Assembly: GCA_016650015.1 (NCBI GenBank)
Contig: JAENWV010000003.1
Coordinates: 1-39,709 of the forward strand
DNA: 39,709 nucleotides
Direction of reading: 5' to 3'
Origin: Thermoleophilia bacterium
Lineage (GTDB): Bacteria; Actinomycetota; Thermoleophilia; BMS3ABIN01
Part shown: piece by piece, positions 1 to 8,210 of the stretch
Layout of the letters: every line of letters starts with the position of its first letter
Numbering within the stretch: the stretch's first letter is position 1
The notes under the pieces: generated by a model
What the model saw: only the letters and a program-made list of their open reading frames with translations
Database searches by the model: none
What the model was told of the DNA's origin: nothing
Made by a program: the position numbers and the translations under genes

Positions 1-194
1 TCCTCGAGCTGTTCACCGCGCTGGCAGTAGCGCCGGGAGACGCCGTAGACCAGCGGCAGGTAACGGGTGATTAGTTCGTCGCGGGCGCGGGTGTCCCCCT
101 GCCGGCAATAGGCTGCCAGCAACTGCCCTTCACTGAGATGCCGGTGACGTGCCGCGGTCGTGTTTTGAGTTGCATAACATGCTGCCGTGCTCAT
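1..194 (-). CDS. RNA polymerase sigma factor, SigB/SigF/SigG family (5' part; runs off the window)
   Basis: Not in the ORF track. Manual translation from ATG 194 gives MSTAACYATQNTTAARHRHLSEGQLLAAYCRQGDTRARDELITRYLPLVYGVSRRYCQRGEQLE, which matches the region-2 start of group-3 sigma factors. GGAGG RBS at 201-205. Confidence 0.85.
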   Translation of the reverse strand, partial: MSTAACYATQNTTAARHRHLSEGQLLAAYCRQGDTRARDELITRYLPLVYGVSRRYCQRGEQLE

Positions 195-308
195 TGCCCA
201 CCTCCATCGATTTGCGCCTAACCTGACGGCGCTTTTGTTCTGTTTCGATGGTCCCACCCAGACCTGGCCCTGAACCCTGAGCAACACCCTGAAGCGGGAT
301 TATGGACC

Positions 309-331
309 TACCCCAGCCTGCATAATAAACC
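309..331 (-). promoter_or_regulatory. Candidate SigB/SigF-type promoter (GGTTT-N13-GGGTA) upstream of the sigma gene
   Basis: Minus strand reads GGTTTattatgcaggctgGGGTAg, similar to the SigB/SigF consensus. The spacer is slightly short. Confidence 0.4.
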
Positions 332-357
332 TCAGCCTTCTGCGCACAAGCTTATAC

Positions 358-642
358 TCAAACGAGGAAATCCGACATCGGGCTTATCCCTGAATTCGCG
401 CCGGCAAGTTCCCGATCAAACTCCGCCTCGCGCTCGGTAGCCGCCTTCCTGCCGACCTCCACCGCTTCCTTCACTTCTTGCTGCAGTTCAGCCTGCGTCT
501 GCTTAAGTTCACCAGGCAGGTTCGCCAGAACCGCCCCCATGTCCCTGCCGGTCTTTTCCGCTCGCCGCTGGGCGTAGACTAATACAGCCGCGCCGGCTAT
601 CATTCCCGTCCATCCCAGTTTGGCGAACAGCTTGCCCATCAC
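358..642 (-). CDS. YtxH-like small membrane-anchored general stress protein
   Basis: N-terminal hydrophobic GMIAGAAVLVYA followed by a charged amphipathic helix. 4-bp ATGA overlap with the upstream DUF948-like gene, as in the ytxG-ytxH arrangement. Confidence 0.55.
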   Translation of the reverse strand: MMGKLFAKLGWTGMIAGAAVLVYAQRRAEKTGRDMGAVLANLPGELKQTQAELQQEVKEAVEVGRKAATEREAEFDRELAGANSGISPMSDFLV

Positions 643-1007
643 TGGCGCCTTCCTCTCTGGCTGACCAGGGAGGAGATTGCCTCCGACACTCCGGCCGTGA
701 CACCGGCGACCTTCTTGACCGGCGCGGTCAGCGCCGACGATACCGCCCTGGTGGTATGGTCGACCCGGTCGGTCACTCCCACCAGCGTCCCCATCATGTC
801 ATCCAGCTTGCCCAGCTGGCTGTTCACCTCGTCCAGCGTCACCTGGAGCCTGGTCAGCAACGGGATGACCTCTTCGTCGAGCCGTTTGAGGAATACATTC
901 AGCCTCGAAAACGTCCCACCCATCTTCAAGAGCAGAAACGCCAGAGCCAGCGCTGTTACTACCAAAAAGAAGCTCAACGATCCTTCGAGAATGTCTGTCC
1001 AGTCCAT
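639..1007 (-). CDS. DUF948 / YtxG-like membrane protein
   Basis: N-terminal TM helix, then a heptad-like helix (LDEEVIPLLTRLQVTLDEVNSQLGKLD) and C-terminal PVKKVAGVTAGV. GGGAGG RBS upstream. Confidence 0.7.
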   Translation of the reverse strand: MDWTDILEGSLSFFLVVTALALAFLLLKMGGTFSRLNVFLKRLDEEVIPLLTRLQVTLDEVNSQLGKLDDMMGTLVGVTDRVDHTTRAVSSALTAPVKKVAGVTAGVSEAISSLVSQRGRRQ

Positions 1008-1298
1008 ATGGGTTTTCCTCCCGTGTATTGACAGTTTGTCGCTTGTATCTTAACACAGTTGAAATACCCATTGTGACCGGCATTGCCTCCCTGGAAAGTC
1101 CACCTTTACTTAGGCTGAGTTGCCAATATATCGCAATTCTGAAATAAACCTTAATCGGGAAAAACCCCTTTTTACAGGTAGTAAAACCCTGAGTACCTCC
1201 TTATCAGATTTTCATTATTATGTCGTGATGCGCCGGTGATACTCTCCCCGGGCTAGCGTATACATGGTTGAGACCGAATAAAGAGAGGGTTTGCCGCC

Positions 1299-1889
1299 AT
1301 GGCAAATACGGAAGAAACAGTGGTGAGAATGAACTTGCTTCGCAGACATAAGCAAACCGCTGGCGCGATGGCAGCGGACATCACCTCTCAGTTCGATGAA
1401 GTCTATCGTGCTTACCTGAGGCCAGTATATGCCTTCGTTGCATTCCGGGTCGGCAATCGTGCCGCCGCGGAGGATATCACCGCTCAGGTGTTCGAGAAGG
1501 CCTGGCGCGGTTATCCCAGGTTCGACCCGCGCAAGGCGGCGATATCAACCTGGCTGTTCACGATAGCCAGAAACAGCCTGACCGACCACTATCGCAGCGC
1601 CGGCAGAAAAACCGATGAAGTCGAGCTTCCCGATGATCTGGGCGCCGGGGCTGAATCAGACCCCGTTCCCCGGCTTGAAGCCCTGGAGCTGCGGCGCGAG
1701 CTTAATGCGGCGCTTACCAGCCTGGAACCGCGGGAGCTGGAGATCGTGTCACTGAAATTCGGTGGCGCCATGACGAACCGCGACATCAGCACACTCTTGC
1801 AGATTTCTGAATCCAATGTTGGCACCATCCTCTACCGGTCTCTCAAGAAAATGAAAACCCGAATTGAGGGCGGGATCAAAAATGACTGA
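1299..1889 (+). CDS. ECF-family RNA polymerase sigma-70 factor
   Basis: Region 2 (AEDITAQVFEKAW...STWLFTIARN) and region 4 HTH (LEPRELEIVSLKF...DISTLLQISESNVGTILYRSLKKM). Confidence 0.93.
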   Translation: MANTEETVVRMNLLRRHKQTAGAMAADITSQFDEVYRAYLRPVYAFVAFRVGNRAAAEDITAQVFEKAWRGYPRFDPRKAAISTWLFTIARNSLTDHYRSAGRKTDEVELPDDLGAGAESDPVPRLEALELRRELNAALTSLEPRELEIVSLKFGGAMTNRDISTLLQISESNVGTILYRSLKKMKTRIEGGIKND

Positions 1890-3204
1890 TGACAGAGAAC
1901 AACAGGAACTAATTGACCTGATCGAACGGCTGCTCGCCGGCGAAACCGTCGCAGCGGCAGGCGATCGCGAGGAAGAACTGGAAAAGCTTCTGGCTATCGC
2001 GGCGGAACTCAATGAGCGAAGGCCGGAACCGTCAGCTGAGTTCGAGGAAAGGCTCGAAGCCAGGATGGCTGGGTTGAAAACCGCTACGGCCGTAACGAGC
2101 GATGATACTGCAGACGCGTCCCCCGGAGACGGCGTTGCGGCTCCCGGTGCGGCAACCGGAACGTCAATCGACGAGAAGAGCTGGTTGCGTGCATGGCTCT
2201 CCATGCCGCGGCTTGCCGCCGTGGCGGCCGCGCTGGTCATCGGGCTCGGCGTGGTCGGCATGGGCGGAGCCATTATCCGTGGCGGCTACCAGGGCAAAAC
2301 AGCTACTGTATCAGATGTGGCCAGCGATACCGGGACCCCTGCTGATGACGTAAAGACCCTGGAAAATGCCACGGGGCAGTCGGCTGCCGGGCGCTCCGGG
2401 GAAATCGCCGCCGGCGACACCGCGGGTTATGCCGGTTCGCCCCCCGGTGGTTCCGCCGACTCGGGCAGCACCGCAGGCATATCCGGGGTAGATACCGTGA
2501 CGCCGCTGCCTTCCACCCAGCGAATCATCCAGAGCGCCGACTACCAGGTCGAGGTGGCGCAGGGTGAATTCAACGACAAGTACTCGCAGATTTCGGCTAT
2601 CGCCGCGAAGTATGGCGGTTATGTGGTATCCGGCGATACGCGCTCCAGCGGCGATGAGCTCAAGCGTGGCAGCATCACCATCCGCGTCGCCAGCGGCAAC
2701 GACAACTTCACCAAGGCCCAGGCCGATCTCGAGGGACTCGGCAACGTGACCTCCAGGAAAGTATCCGGCCAGGATGTCACCGAAGAATACGTGGACCTGC
2801 AAAGCCGGCTGCGTAACGCCGAGGCCCAGGAAACCCAGATGCTGGAGCTGATGAAAAGGGCGCAGACCATCGAGGAGATACTTACGGTGCAGTCGCGCCT
2901 GGCGGAGATCCAGTCCCAGATCGAGCAGATCAAGGGCCGCATGAAATACACGGAGTCACGCACTGACTTCGCCACCATCACTGTGGACCTGCGCGAGACG
3001 AAGGAAGGAGTCAGCGAGACTGAGAGCGTTGGCACCAACTGGGGTTTCATCGACTCGCTAAAATACGCCGGCTGGCTGGCGGTTCAGACGCTGAACTTCG
3101 TCATCGTAGCGCTTGCGGTTATCGTTCCGCTGACCTTTATGGGCGGCGGTCTGGCTATTCTGTTCTACCGCCTGGCACAATGGCGGCGGAACCGAAACAA
3201 GTAG
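1882..3204 (+). CDS. Membrane protein with a putative N-terminal anti-sigma region and a DUF4349 domain
   Basis: ATG 1882 overlaps the ECF stop (ATGACTGA). Contains RPEPSAEFEERL, a TM helix, a G/S/T/A linker, DUF4349-like motifs (GGYV, GQDVTEEYVDLQSRL, SRTDFATITV) and a C-terminal TM. Confidence 0.75.
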   Translation: MTDDREQQELIDLIERLLAGETVAAAGDREEELEKLLAIAAELNERRPEPSAEFEERLEARMAGLKTATAVTSDDTADASPGDGVAAPGAATGTSIDEKSWLRAWLSMPRLAAVAAALVIGLGVVGMGGAIIRGGYQGKTATVSDVASDTGTPADDVKTLENATGQSAAGRSGEIAAGDTAGYAGSPPGGSADSGSTAGISGVDTVTPLPSTQRIIQSADYQVEVAQGEFNDKYSQISAIAAKYGGYVVSGDTRSSGDELKRGSITIRVASGNDNFTKAQADLEGLGNVTSRKVSGQDVTEEYVDLQSRLRNAEAQETQMLELMKRAQTIEEILTVQSRLAEIQSQIEQIKGRMKYTESRTDFATITVDLRETKEGVSETESVGTNWGFIDSLKYAGWLAVQTLNFVIVALAVIVPLTFMGGGLAILFYRLAQWRRNRNK

Positions 3205-3247
3205 GGACATGAGGACAGCGCTGCCAAAAGCGCAGGCAATAATCCGA

Positions 3248-3277
3248 AAAGGGAGCGTCGCAAACGGTGCTCCCTTT
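3248..3277 (+). terminator. Intrinsic terminator after the ECF/DUF4349 operon
   Basis: Hairpin AAAGGGAGC-GTCG-CAAA-CGGT-GCTCCCTTT about 45 bp after the stop. Confidence 0.75.
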
Positions 3278-3518
3278 CACTATCTGCCATGGCGTCTCTA
3301 TTCAGCCAGCTGTTACGCCGGGGTGTTCCTCCTCTTTCTTATGGGTATAAGAAAAATGCAATATTGTTAGTTTTCCTGGCAGCGAGCCACAACCATGGGG
3401 AAAATTGCTTTGTGAGGCGCTAATTGAAAAAACGGGATGTGGATAATCATCAGTGGCGTGGATATGTTTTGTTAATTCTCGCCACGAGTGATATCCGGGA
3501 ACGGCCGGGGCGGCATTA

Positions 3519-5633
3519 ATGATAACTCTGTTTGGCCTGCTTTCGCTGGCATCGACTGGCATCGCCTTGATTATGGGGACCCTGGTGATCTCCCGGAATC
3601 ATCGGGAACCGGTCAACCGGATCTTCTTTGCCCTATGCCTGGCGATCGCCTACTGGTCCTTTACCAAGTATGAGCACCGCATAGCCGGCGAATATGACGA
3701 AGCCCTTTTCTGGATCCACATATCGTTCGTCTGGGCGCTGCCCAGCGCCATGCTGCTGCACTTCGTCCTGGTCTATACAGGCAACGAGCGTTTTCTCCAG
3801 AAGAAATGGCCCTTCATGCTGCTGTATGGCCCGTCGGTGATCATCGCGGTTCTGACTATCGTCAGCGATGACTATTCCGGGCTACCCAAGATGAGACCGT
3901 GGGGCTGGTCCATCGAACCTCTGCATGGCCGCCTCACTATCTTTAGCTATTTTTACATATCTTTACTCACCTTTTCAGCGTTGCTGATCTGCTTGCGCTT
4001 TTTTTTGAAACAGGATGATCCTCGAAAGCGAATTCAGTCAGGTCTTACGCTTGCCGGCATCAGTGTCTATGCCATAGCTCCGGCACTGAGTTACATCCTG
4101 CTGCCGTTGCTCAAAATAAGAATCCCCGATATCAGCTCTGTCACCTTCGCAGTGGGGGTCGGCGGCATCATCGGCTACGGGATCTGGAAGTACGATCTGC
4201 TCTCGATGACCCCTGCCGACGCCGCCGAAAAAATCATCTCAACAATGTCCGACGCTTTGCTGCTGATTGGCACCAGTGGCGAAATCAAGAATATCAACAA
4301 CGCGGCCCTGGACCTTCTCGGCTACGAACAGGCAGAAATCCTGGGCATGTCGGCGGAAAAAATCTTTCCCGATGGCTGGCTGAAGGAATGCATCCTCAGC
4401 CGCGAGGGAACCAGCGGCAGCATCGAGGGCGTCAGCGAAATCGAAACAATCGTTCTGACCAGGTCGGGCGAGAAAACGCCGGTCTCCCTTTCCAGCTCCA
4501 AACTTCATAACCAGCGCAAACAGCTGGTCGGAACCGTCTGTATCGCCCGCAATATCAGCGAGCGCAAACGCGCCGAGGACCTGATCAAAATGCAGAGCGA
4601 AGGTCTGATTTCCAGAAACGCCGAGCTGACGGCGCTTTACGAGATCTCAAACGTAGTCCGCAACAGCCTTGACCTTGACCTGATGCTGCGGCAGGCGCTG
4701 GACACGATAACCAGCCTGTCTGTATTCAACATCGAGTATAAGGGTGGCATTTTCACGGTCGAGGGCGAAACGCTGCGACTGTTGGCGAGTCTGCATCATG
4801 CAGATAATTTCCTGCGGGCCCATGATGGAATAAAGCTTGGTGACTGCCTCTGCGGCCAGGCGGCCCGAAGCGGCGAGATCATCGTATCATTGAATGCCCG
4901 GGAGGAAGACAGGCATACGAAAGATTATCCTGAAATCAGTGATCACGGGCATGTGATCGTACCGCTCAAAGCCATGGAAAAAGTCACCGGTGTCCTCTAT
5001 CTTTATCTGCCGGCGAACGCTGAAATCGATAATCGGCAGCTTAAGCTGCTGGAGACGATCGCTGCCGAGCTGGGCATCGCCATCGAGAACGCCCGCCTCT
5101 ACACAGAGACCCGGACCTTGTCGCTACACGACCCGCTGACCGGCCTCGCCAACCGGCGACTGATGGCGCTGGAGCTGGACAAGGCCCTCGCGCGCGCCAA
5201 GCGCACGGGCAAGCCCTTCTCGCTGGTCATGGCGGATATCGACCTTTTCAAAAACTACAACGACCTCTACGGGCATGCAGCCGGCGACGAAATTCTGGCC
5301 GGGATAGCAAAATTGATACTTGAAGAAATTCGCCGCATCGATCTTGGGGCGCGCTTTGGCGGCGAGGAATTTCTACTGATACTACCGGACACGGACCTGG
5401 ATGAAGCTGTCGAGGTCGCTGAACGCATACGCTGTAAGGCTGCCGCAACCGAGTTCACCTGCTCCGCAACCTTGAAAACATCCGGCATCACGATCAGTCT
5501 GGGTGTAGCGACCTGGGACGACAGTATCGGCAGCGAAGACATATTGGTCGCCAGGGCCGATACGGCGCTATACATGGCGAAAAACAAGGGTCGAAACCGG
5601 GTTGAGAGCTGGAAGCGGATGAACATAACCTGA
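3519..5633 (+). CDS. Membrane-bound diguanylate cyclase (7TM HisKA_7TM-like + PAS + GAF + GGDEF)
   Basis: About 7 TM helices, PAS (INNAALDLLGY...IARNISERK), GAF, then HDPLTGLANRR, DIDLFKNYNDLYGH, I-site RxxD (RRID), GGEEF and AKNKGRNR. Confidence 0.93.
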   Translation: MITLFGLLSLASTGIALIMGTLVISRNHREPVNRIFFALCLAIAYWSFTKYEHRIAGEYDEALFWIHISFVWALPSAMLLHFVLVYTGNERFLQKKWPFMLLYGPSVIIAVLTIVSDDYSGLPKMRPWGWSIEPLHGRLTIFSYFYISLLTFSALLICLRFFLKQDDPRKRIQSGLTLAGISVYAIAPALSYILLPLLKIRIPDISSVTFAVGVGGIIGYGIWKYDLLSMTPADAAEKIISTMSDALLLIGTSGEIKNINNAALDLLGYEQAEILGMSAEKIFPDGWLKECILSREGTSGSIEGVSEIETIVLTRSGEKTPVSLSSSKLHNQRKQLVGTVCIARNISERKRAEDLIKMQSEGLISRNAELTALYEISNVVRNSLDLDLMLRQALDTITSLSVFNIEYKGGIFTVEGETLRLLASLHHADNFLRAHDGIKLGDCLCGQAARSGEIIVSLNAREEDRHTKDYPEISDHGHVIVPLKAMEKVTGVLYLYLPANAEIDNRQLKLLETIAAELGIAIENARLYTETRTLSLHDPLTGLANRRLMALELDKALARAKRTGKPFSLVMADIDLFKNYNDLYGHAAGDEILAGIAKLILEEIRRIDLGARFGGEEFLLILPDTDLDEAVEVAERIRCKAAATEFTCSATLKTSGITISLGVATWDDSIGSEDILVARADTALYMAKNKGRNRVESWKRMNIT

Positions 5634-5683
5634 AATTCAGACTAACCGGTTGCCGACGCACCCGAGGCCAAAAGGGAACTCGA

Positions 5684-7159
5684 TCAGAATGCTGTTTCGA
5701 TAACTCCGCCGGCCATCAGGATCTGATCATCATAGATCACCGCCGACTGCCCGGGCGCGATACCGTGGACCGGCTGGTCGAGTTCCAGGCGCCATGAGCC
5801 CCGGAAGTCTTCCACAATGCGGCCGGGAACAGCCGGAGCGTTATACCTGGGCTGGATCATCAGGCTGATGCCGAGCAATTCATCGGCCGGGACGAAACTG
5901 TTTACCTGTCCGATCACCAGTGTCGACACCGCCAGCTCTGCGCGGCTTCCCGCCACCACCAGATTCTCTTCCGGAACCGTCCGCAAAACATACAGGGGTT
6001 CCGGGGCGCTGACGCCAAGACCGTGCCGCTGGCCTACCGTGTAGTCGATAAAGCCTCCGTGTGATCCAAGCCGGTCGCCAGCGGCATCGACGATATCCCC
6101 GGCTCCGGGAAGCTCCACGGCGCGACTGCGCAGGAAGCGGCGATAATCGTCGTCGGGAATGAAACAGACCTCCTGGCTCTCCGGCCGGTTGTGGGCGGCG
6201 ATTCCTGCCTCACGGGCCAGATTACGGCTGTCATCCTTGGACAATTCCCCCAGGGGGAAATCAAGCCGCTCCAGCAATGCGGGCTTGATGCCCCAAAGCA
6301 TGTATGACTGGTCCTTTGCCTGATCGGCGCCGCGGACGATCAGGCGGCCATCACCACCCGACTGCCGCAGCCGGACATAATGGCCGGTGGCCACTTGGGC
6401 GGCACCCAGCCTGTCGGCCAGAAGAATCAGCTCGTGGAAACGGAAGCGGCCATTGCAGCGCGCGCAGGGGTTAGGCGTCCGCCCGGCCATGTATTCCCCG
6501 ACGAAGTCGTCCACGACCACCGCAGCGAACGTCTCCGTGTAGTCGACCGTCAGGTGGGGCAGGCCCAGGCCATGGCAGACCTCGCGAGCGCCACGGATGG
6601 CCTCGGGAGAACAACAGCTGGGAGATTCAACATCTTCGCAGGATGGATCGCTCCAGAGGCGCATCGTGACGCCGACAACATCGCGGCCGGCGTTTCGTTC
6701 GAGCAGGCAGGCGGTGGAGCTGTCGACGCCACCGCTCATGGCGACGAGCATGCTATTTTCATGGATCTCTTTCGCCTTGGGGAAGGTGCCGCGCCCGATG
6801 GCGTCCTCCAGGGCTGCATGCAGGGACTCGACGGCGAAGAACGCGGCTTTTCGGATCGATTCGCCGCCACGTTCCGAGTCACCACTCAATGCCGCCTCTA
6901 TCGTCGCGGACGGCAAGCGAGCCGCTTCCTGCCAGCTCCTGCCGGTTATTATTTCGGTGATCAGGCTGCCGGCGGCGATGGCCGCGCTCGAACCAGATGC
7001 CTGAAAACGGGCTTCGGCCAGATTGCCGGCATCAAAGTTGATGAAAAATTTTATGACAACGCCACAGCCGGGATCGCCGGCCCCGCCACGTCCATCAGCG
7101 CCGGGAAGCTCTCCGGCGTTTCTGGGGTTATGGAAATGATCGAGGAGCAGTGATGTCAT
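5684..7159 (-). CDS. mnmA: tRNA 2-thiouridine(34) synthase MnmA with an N-terminal IscU/NifU-like domain
   Basis: MnmA motifs AMSGGVDSS, TPNPCARCN, ATGHY, KDQSY, SQEVCF, YTVGQRHGLG, APGQSAV. The first ~120 aa are NifU_N-like (LDHFHNPRNAG, GDPGCG). Confidence 0.92.
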   Translation of the reverse strand: MTSLLLDHFHNPRNAGELPGADGRGGAGDPGCGVVIKFFINFDAGNLAEARFQASGSSAAIAAGSLITEIITGRSWQEAARLPSATIEAALSGDSERGGESIRKAAFFAVESLHAALEDAIGRGTFPKAKEIHENSMLVAMSGGVDSSTACLLERNAGRDVVGVTMRLWSDPSCEDVESPSCCSPEAIRGAREVCHGLGLPHLTVDYTETFAAVVVDDFVGEYMAGRTPNPCARCNGRFRFHELILLADRLGAAQVATGHYVRLRQSGGDGRLIVRGADQAKDQSYMLWGIKPALLERLDFPLGELSKDDSRNLAREAGIAAHNRPESQEVCFIPDDDYRRFLRSRAVELPGAGDIVDAAGDRLGSHGGFIDYTVGQRHGLGVSAPEPLYVLRTVPEENLVVAGSRAELAVSTLVIGQVNSFVPADELLGISLMIQPRYNAPAVPGRIVEDFRGSWRLELDQPVHGIAPGQSAVIYDDQILMAGGVIETAF

Positions 7160-7193
7160 GAATCCATGATAACTCTATACGACAGCAGGCAAA
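7160..7193 (-). promoter_or_regulatory. Candidate sigma-A promoter giving a leaderless mnmA transcript
   Basis: Minus strand TTGCCT-N15-TATCAT-ggattc-ATG: the -10 lies 6 nt before the start codon and there is no SD sequence. Confidence 0.5.
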
Positions 7194-7225
7194 AGAAATG
7201 GCCGCCCCCTTAAGGAGCGGCCATT
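7191..7225 (-). terminator. Intrinsic terminator after the thioredoxin-fold lipoprotein gene
   Basis: Minus strand AATGGCCGCTCC...GGGGCGGCCATT hairpin followed by TCTTTT. Confidence 0.75.
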
Positions 7226-7278
7226 GAATATATTCCTATTGAAATTCCGTTGCGGGAAAACCCATCCGCTTTTGCTTG

Positions 7279-7920
7279 TTACCTGACCGTGCCGGTGCCG
7301 CTCTCCGTTCTGATGCCGGTACTGGTGCCGGAGCTGCCAGTTGTATTCGTGCTGGTCCCGCCGCCACTATTACTGCTGCCGCTGCTTGAGCTGCTGCTGC
7401 CGCTGCAACTTCCCGTGGCCTCGCAAATACCCTGTTCGATCGACTTGGAATCAACAAAGCCGGACCAGGCGCGCTGCACCTGCGCCTCCTTGTTGATGAT
7501 GACGACCGTAGGCGTTGTCGAGACTTTGAGAATGATCGACAGATCGCCGAACTTCTGACCGTCCGTATAAAGGTAATCGTAGAAGTCTACCTGGCCGCGG
7601 AATTTGTTCTGCAACGACATCACCGAAGAGCGAACCTGGTTATCATCGTAAGGTCCGCTTATATAAAAGGTGACGACGATCGGCCGTCGCGATTCGATCG
7701 AGCTCTTAAAATCCTTGGGAGACAGTTCGCCAGGAGTTATGACCTGTCCGATGAGGTCTTCCGGTTTGCCGGTGCTGGCGCTTCCCGAGCCCGACTTGCT
7801 GGTTTTGGAGGTCTTGGTCGGTGTAGTGGCCGGTGCTCCCGAGTCACCACAGCCGGTAAATATAAAAGCCACAAGCGCTACTATGAGCACTGTGGCTGTA
7901 AGCTTCAGAATTTTGGTCAT
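7279..7920 (-). CDS. Predicted lipoprotein with a thioredoxin-like fold lacking CXXC and a Ser/Gly/Thr tail
   Basis: Signal peptide and lipobox FTGC. RPIVVTFY and VSTTPTVVIINKEAQVQRAWSG resemble the thioredoxin beta-strand and cis-Pro loop. I prefer ATG 7920 because the track start (7953) lies within the 6S RNA. Confidence 0.65.
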   Translation of the reverse strand: MTKILKLTATVLIVALVAFIFTGCGDSGAPATTPTKTSKTSKSGSGSASTGKPEDLIGQVITPGELSPKDFKSSIESRRPIVVTFYISGPYDDNQVRSSVMSLQNKFRGQVDFYDYLYTDGQKFGDLSIILKVSTTPTVVIINKEAQVQRAWSGFVDSKSIEQGICEATGSCSGSSSSSSGSSNSGGGTSTNTTGSSGTSTGIRTESGTGTVR

Positions 7921-7943
7921 CCGCCGCCTTCTTGTTGCAAAAT

Positions 7944-8099
7944 AAAGCTCCACCTTGCCGTCTCCGCTTGTTTATTGAACCTGCTCTAGCAGGTGGGTGC
8001 CCGCTCCCCAGCTACCCTTAAGCAGTTGGGAAAGACTAAGCTCCCGTACTCAATATGTTGGCTCAATAAAGTTACGAATCACAAACAAGGTCGAGCTTT
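7944..8099 (-). ncRNA. ssrS: 6S RNA (SsrS)
   Basis: 156-nt rod with closing stem AAAGCTCGACCTTG / CAAGGTGGAGCTTT. Contains 6S-like blocks TTGAGCCAACAT, GTACGGGAGC and GGGCACCCACCTGC...GCAGGTTCAA. Located downstream of aspS, like B. subtilis bsrA. Confidence 0.85.
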
Positions 8100-8104
8100 G
8101 ATTA

Positions 8105-8134
8105 ATAATATCATACGCCTTTCTTTTTCGGCAA
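8105..8134 (-). promoter_or_regulatory. Sigma-A promoter of the 6S RNA
   Basis: TTGCCG-N18-TATTAT with an extended -10 TG; the -10 ends about 5 nt before the RNA 5' stem. Confidence 0.7.
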
Positions 8135-8210
8135 TAGCCAAAATAATCCTTCCGAGTGGCTTTGAAGCAATTTGTCAAGACCCCGGCTCGGCTATCAGCA
8201 ATAATCCCCG

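Noticed and set aside
3302-3562. 86-aa minus-strand ORF upstream of the diguanylate cyclase
   Set aside because: Spans the AT-rich probable promoter region and overlaps the cyclase start; no motif.
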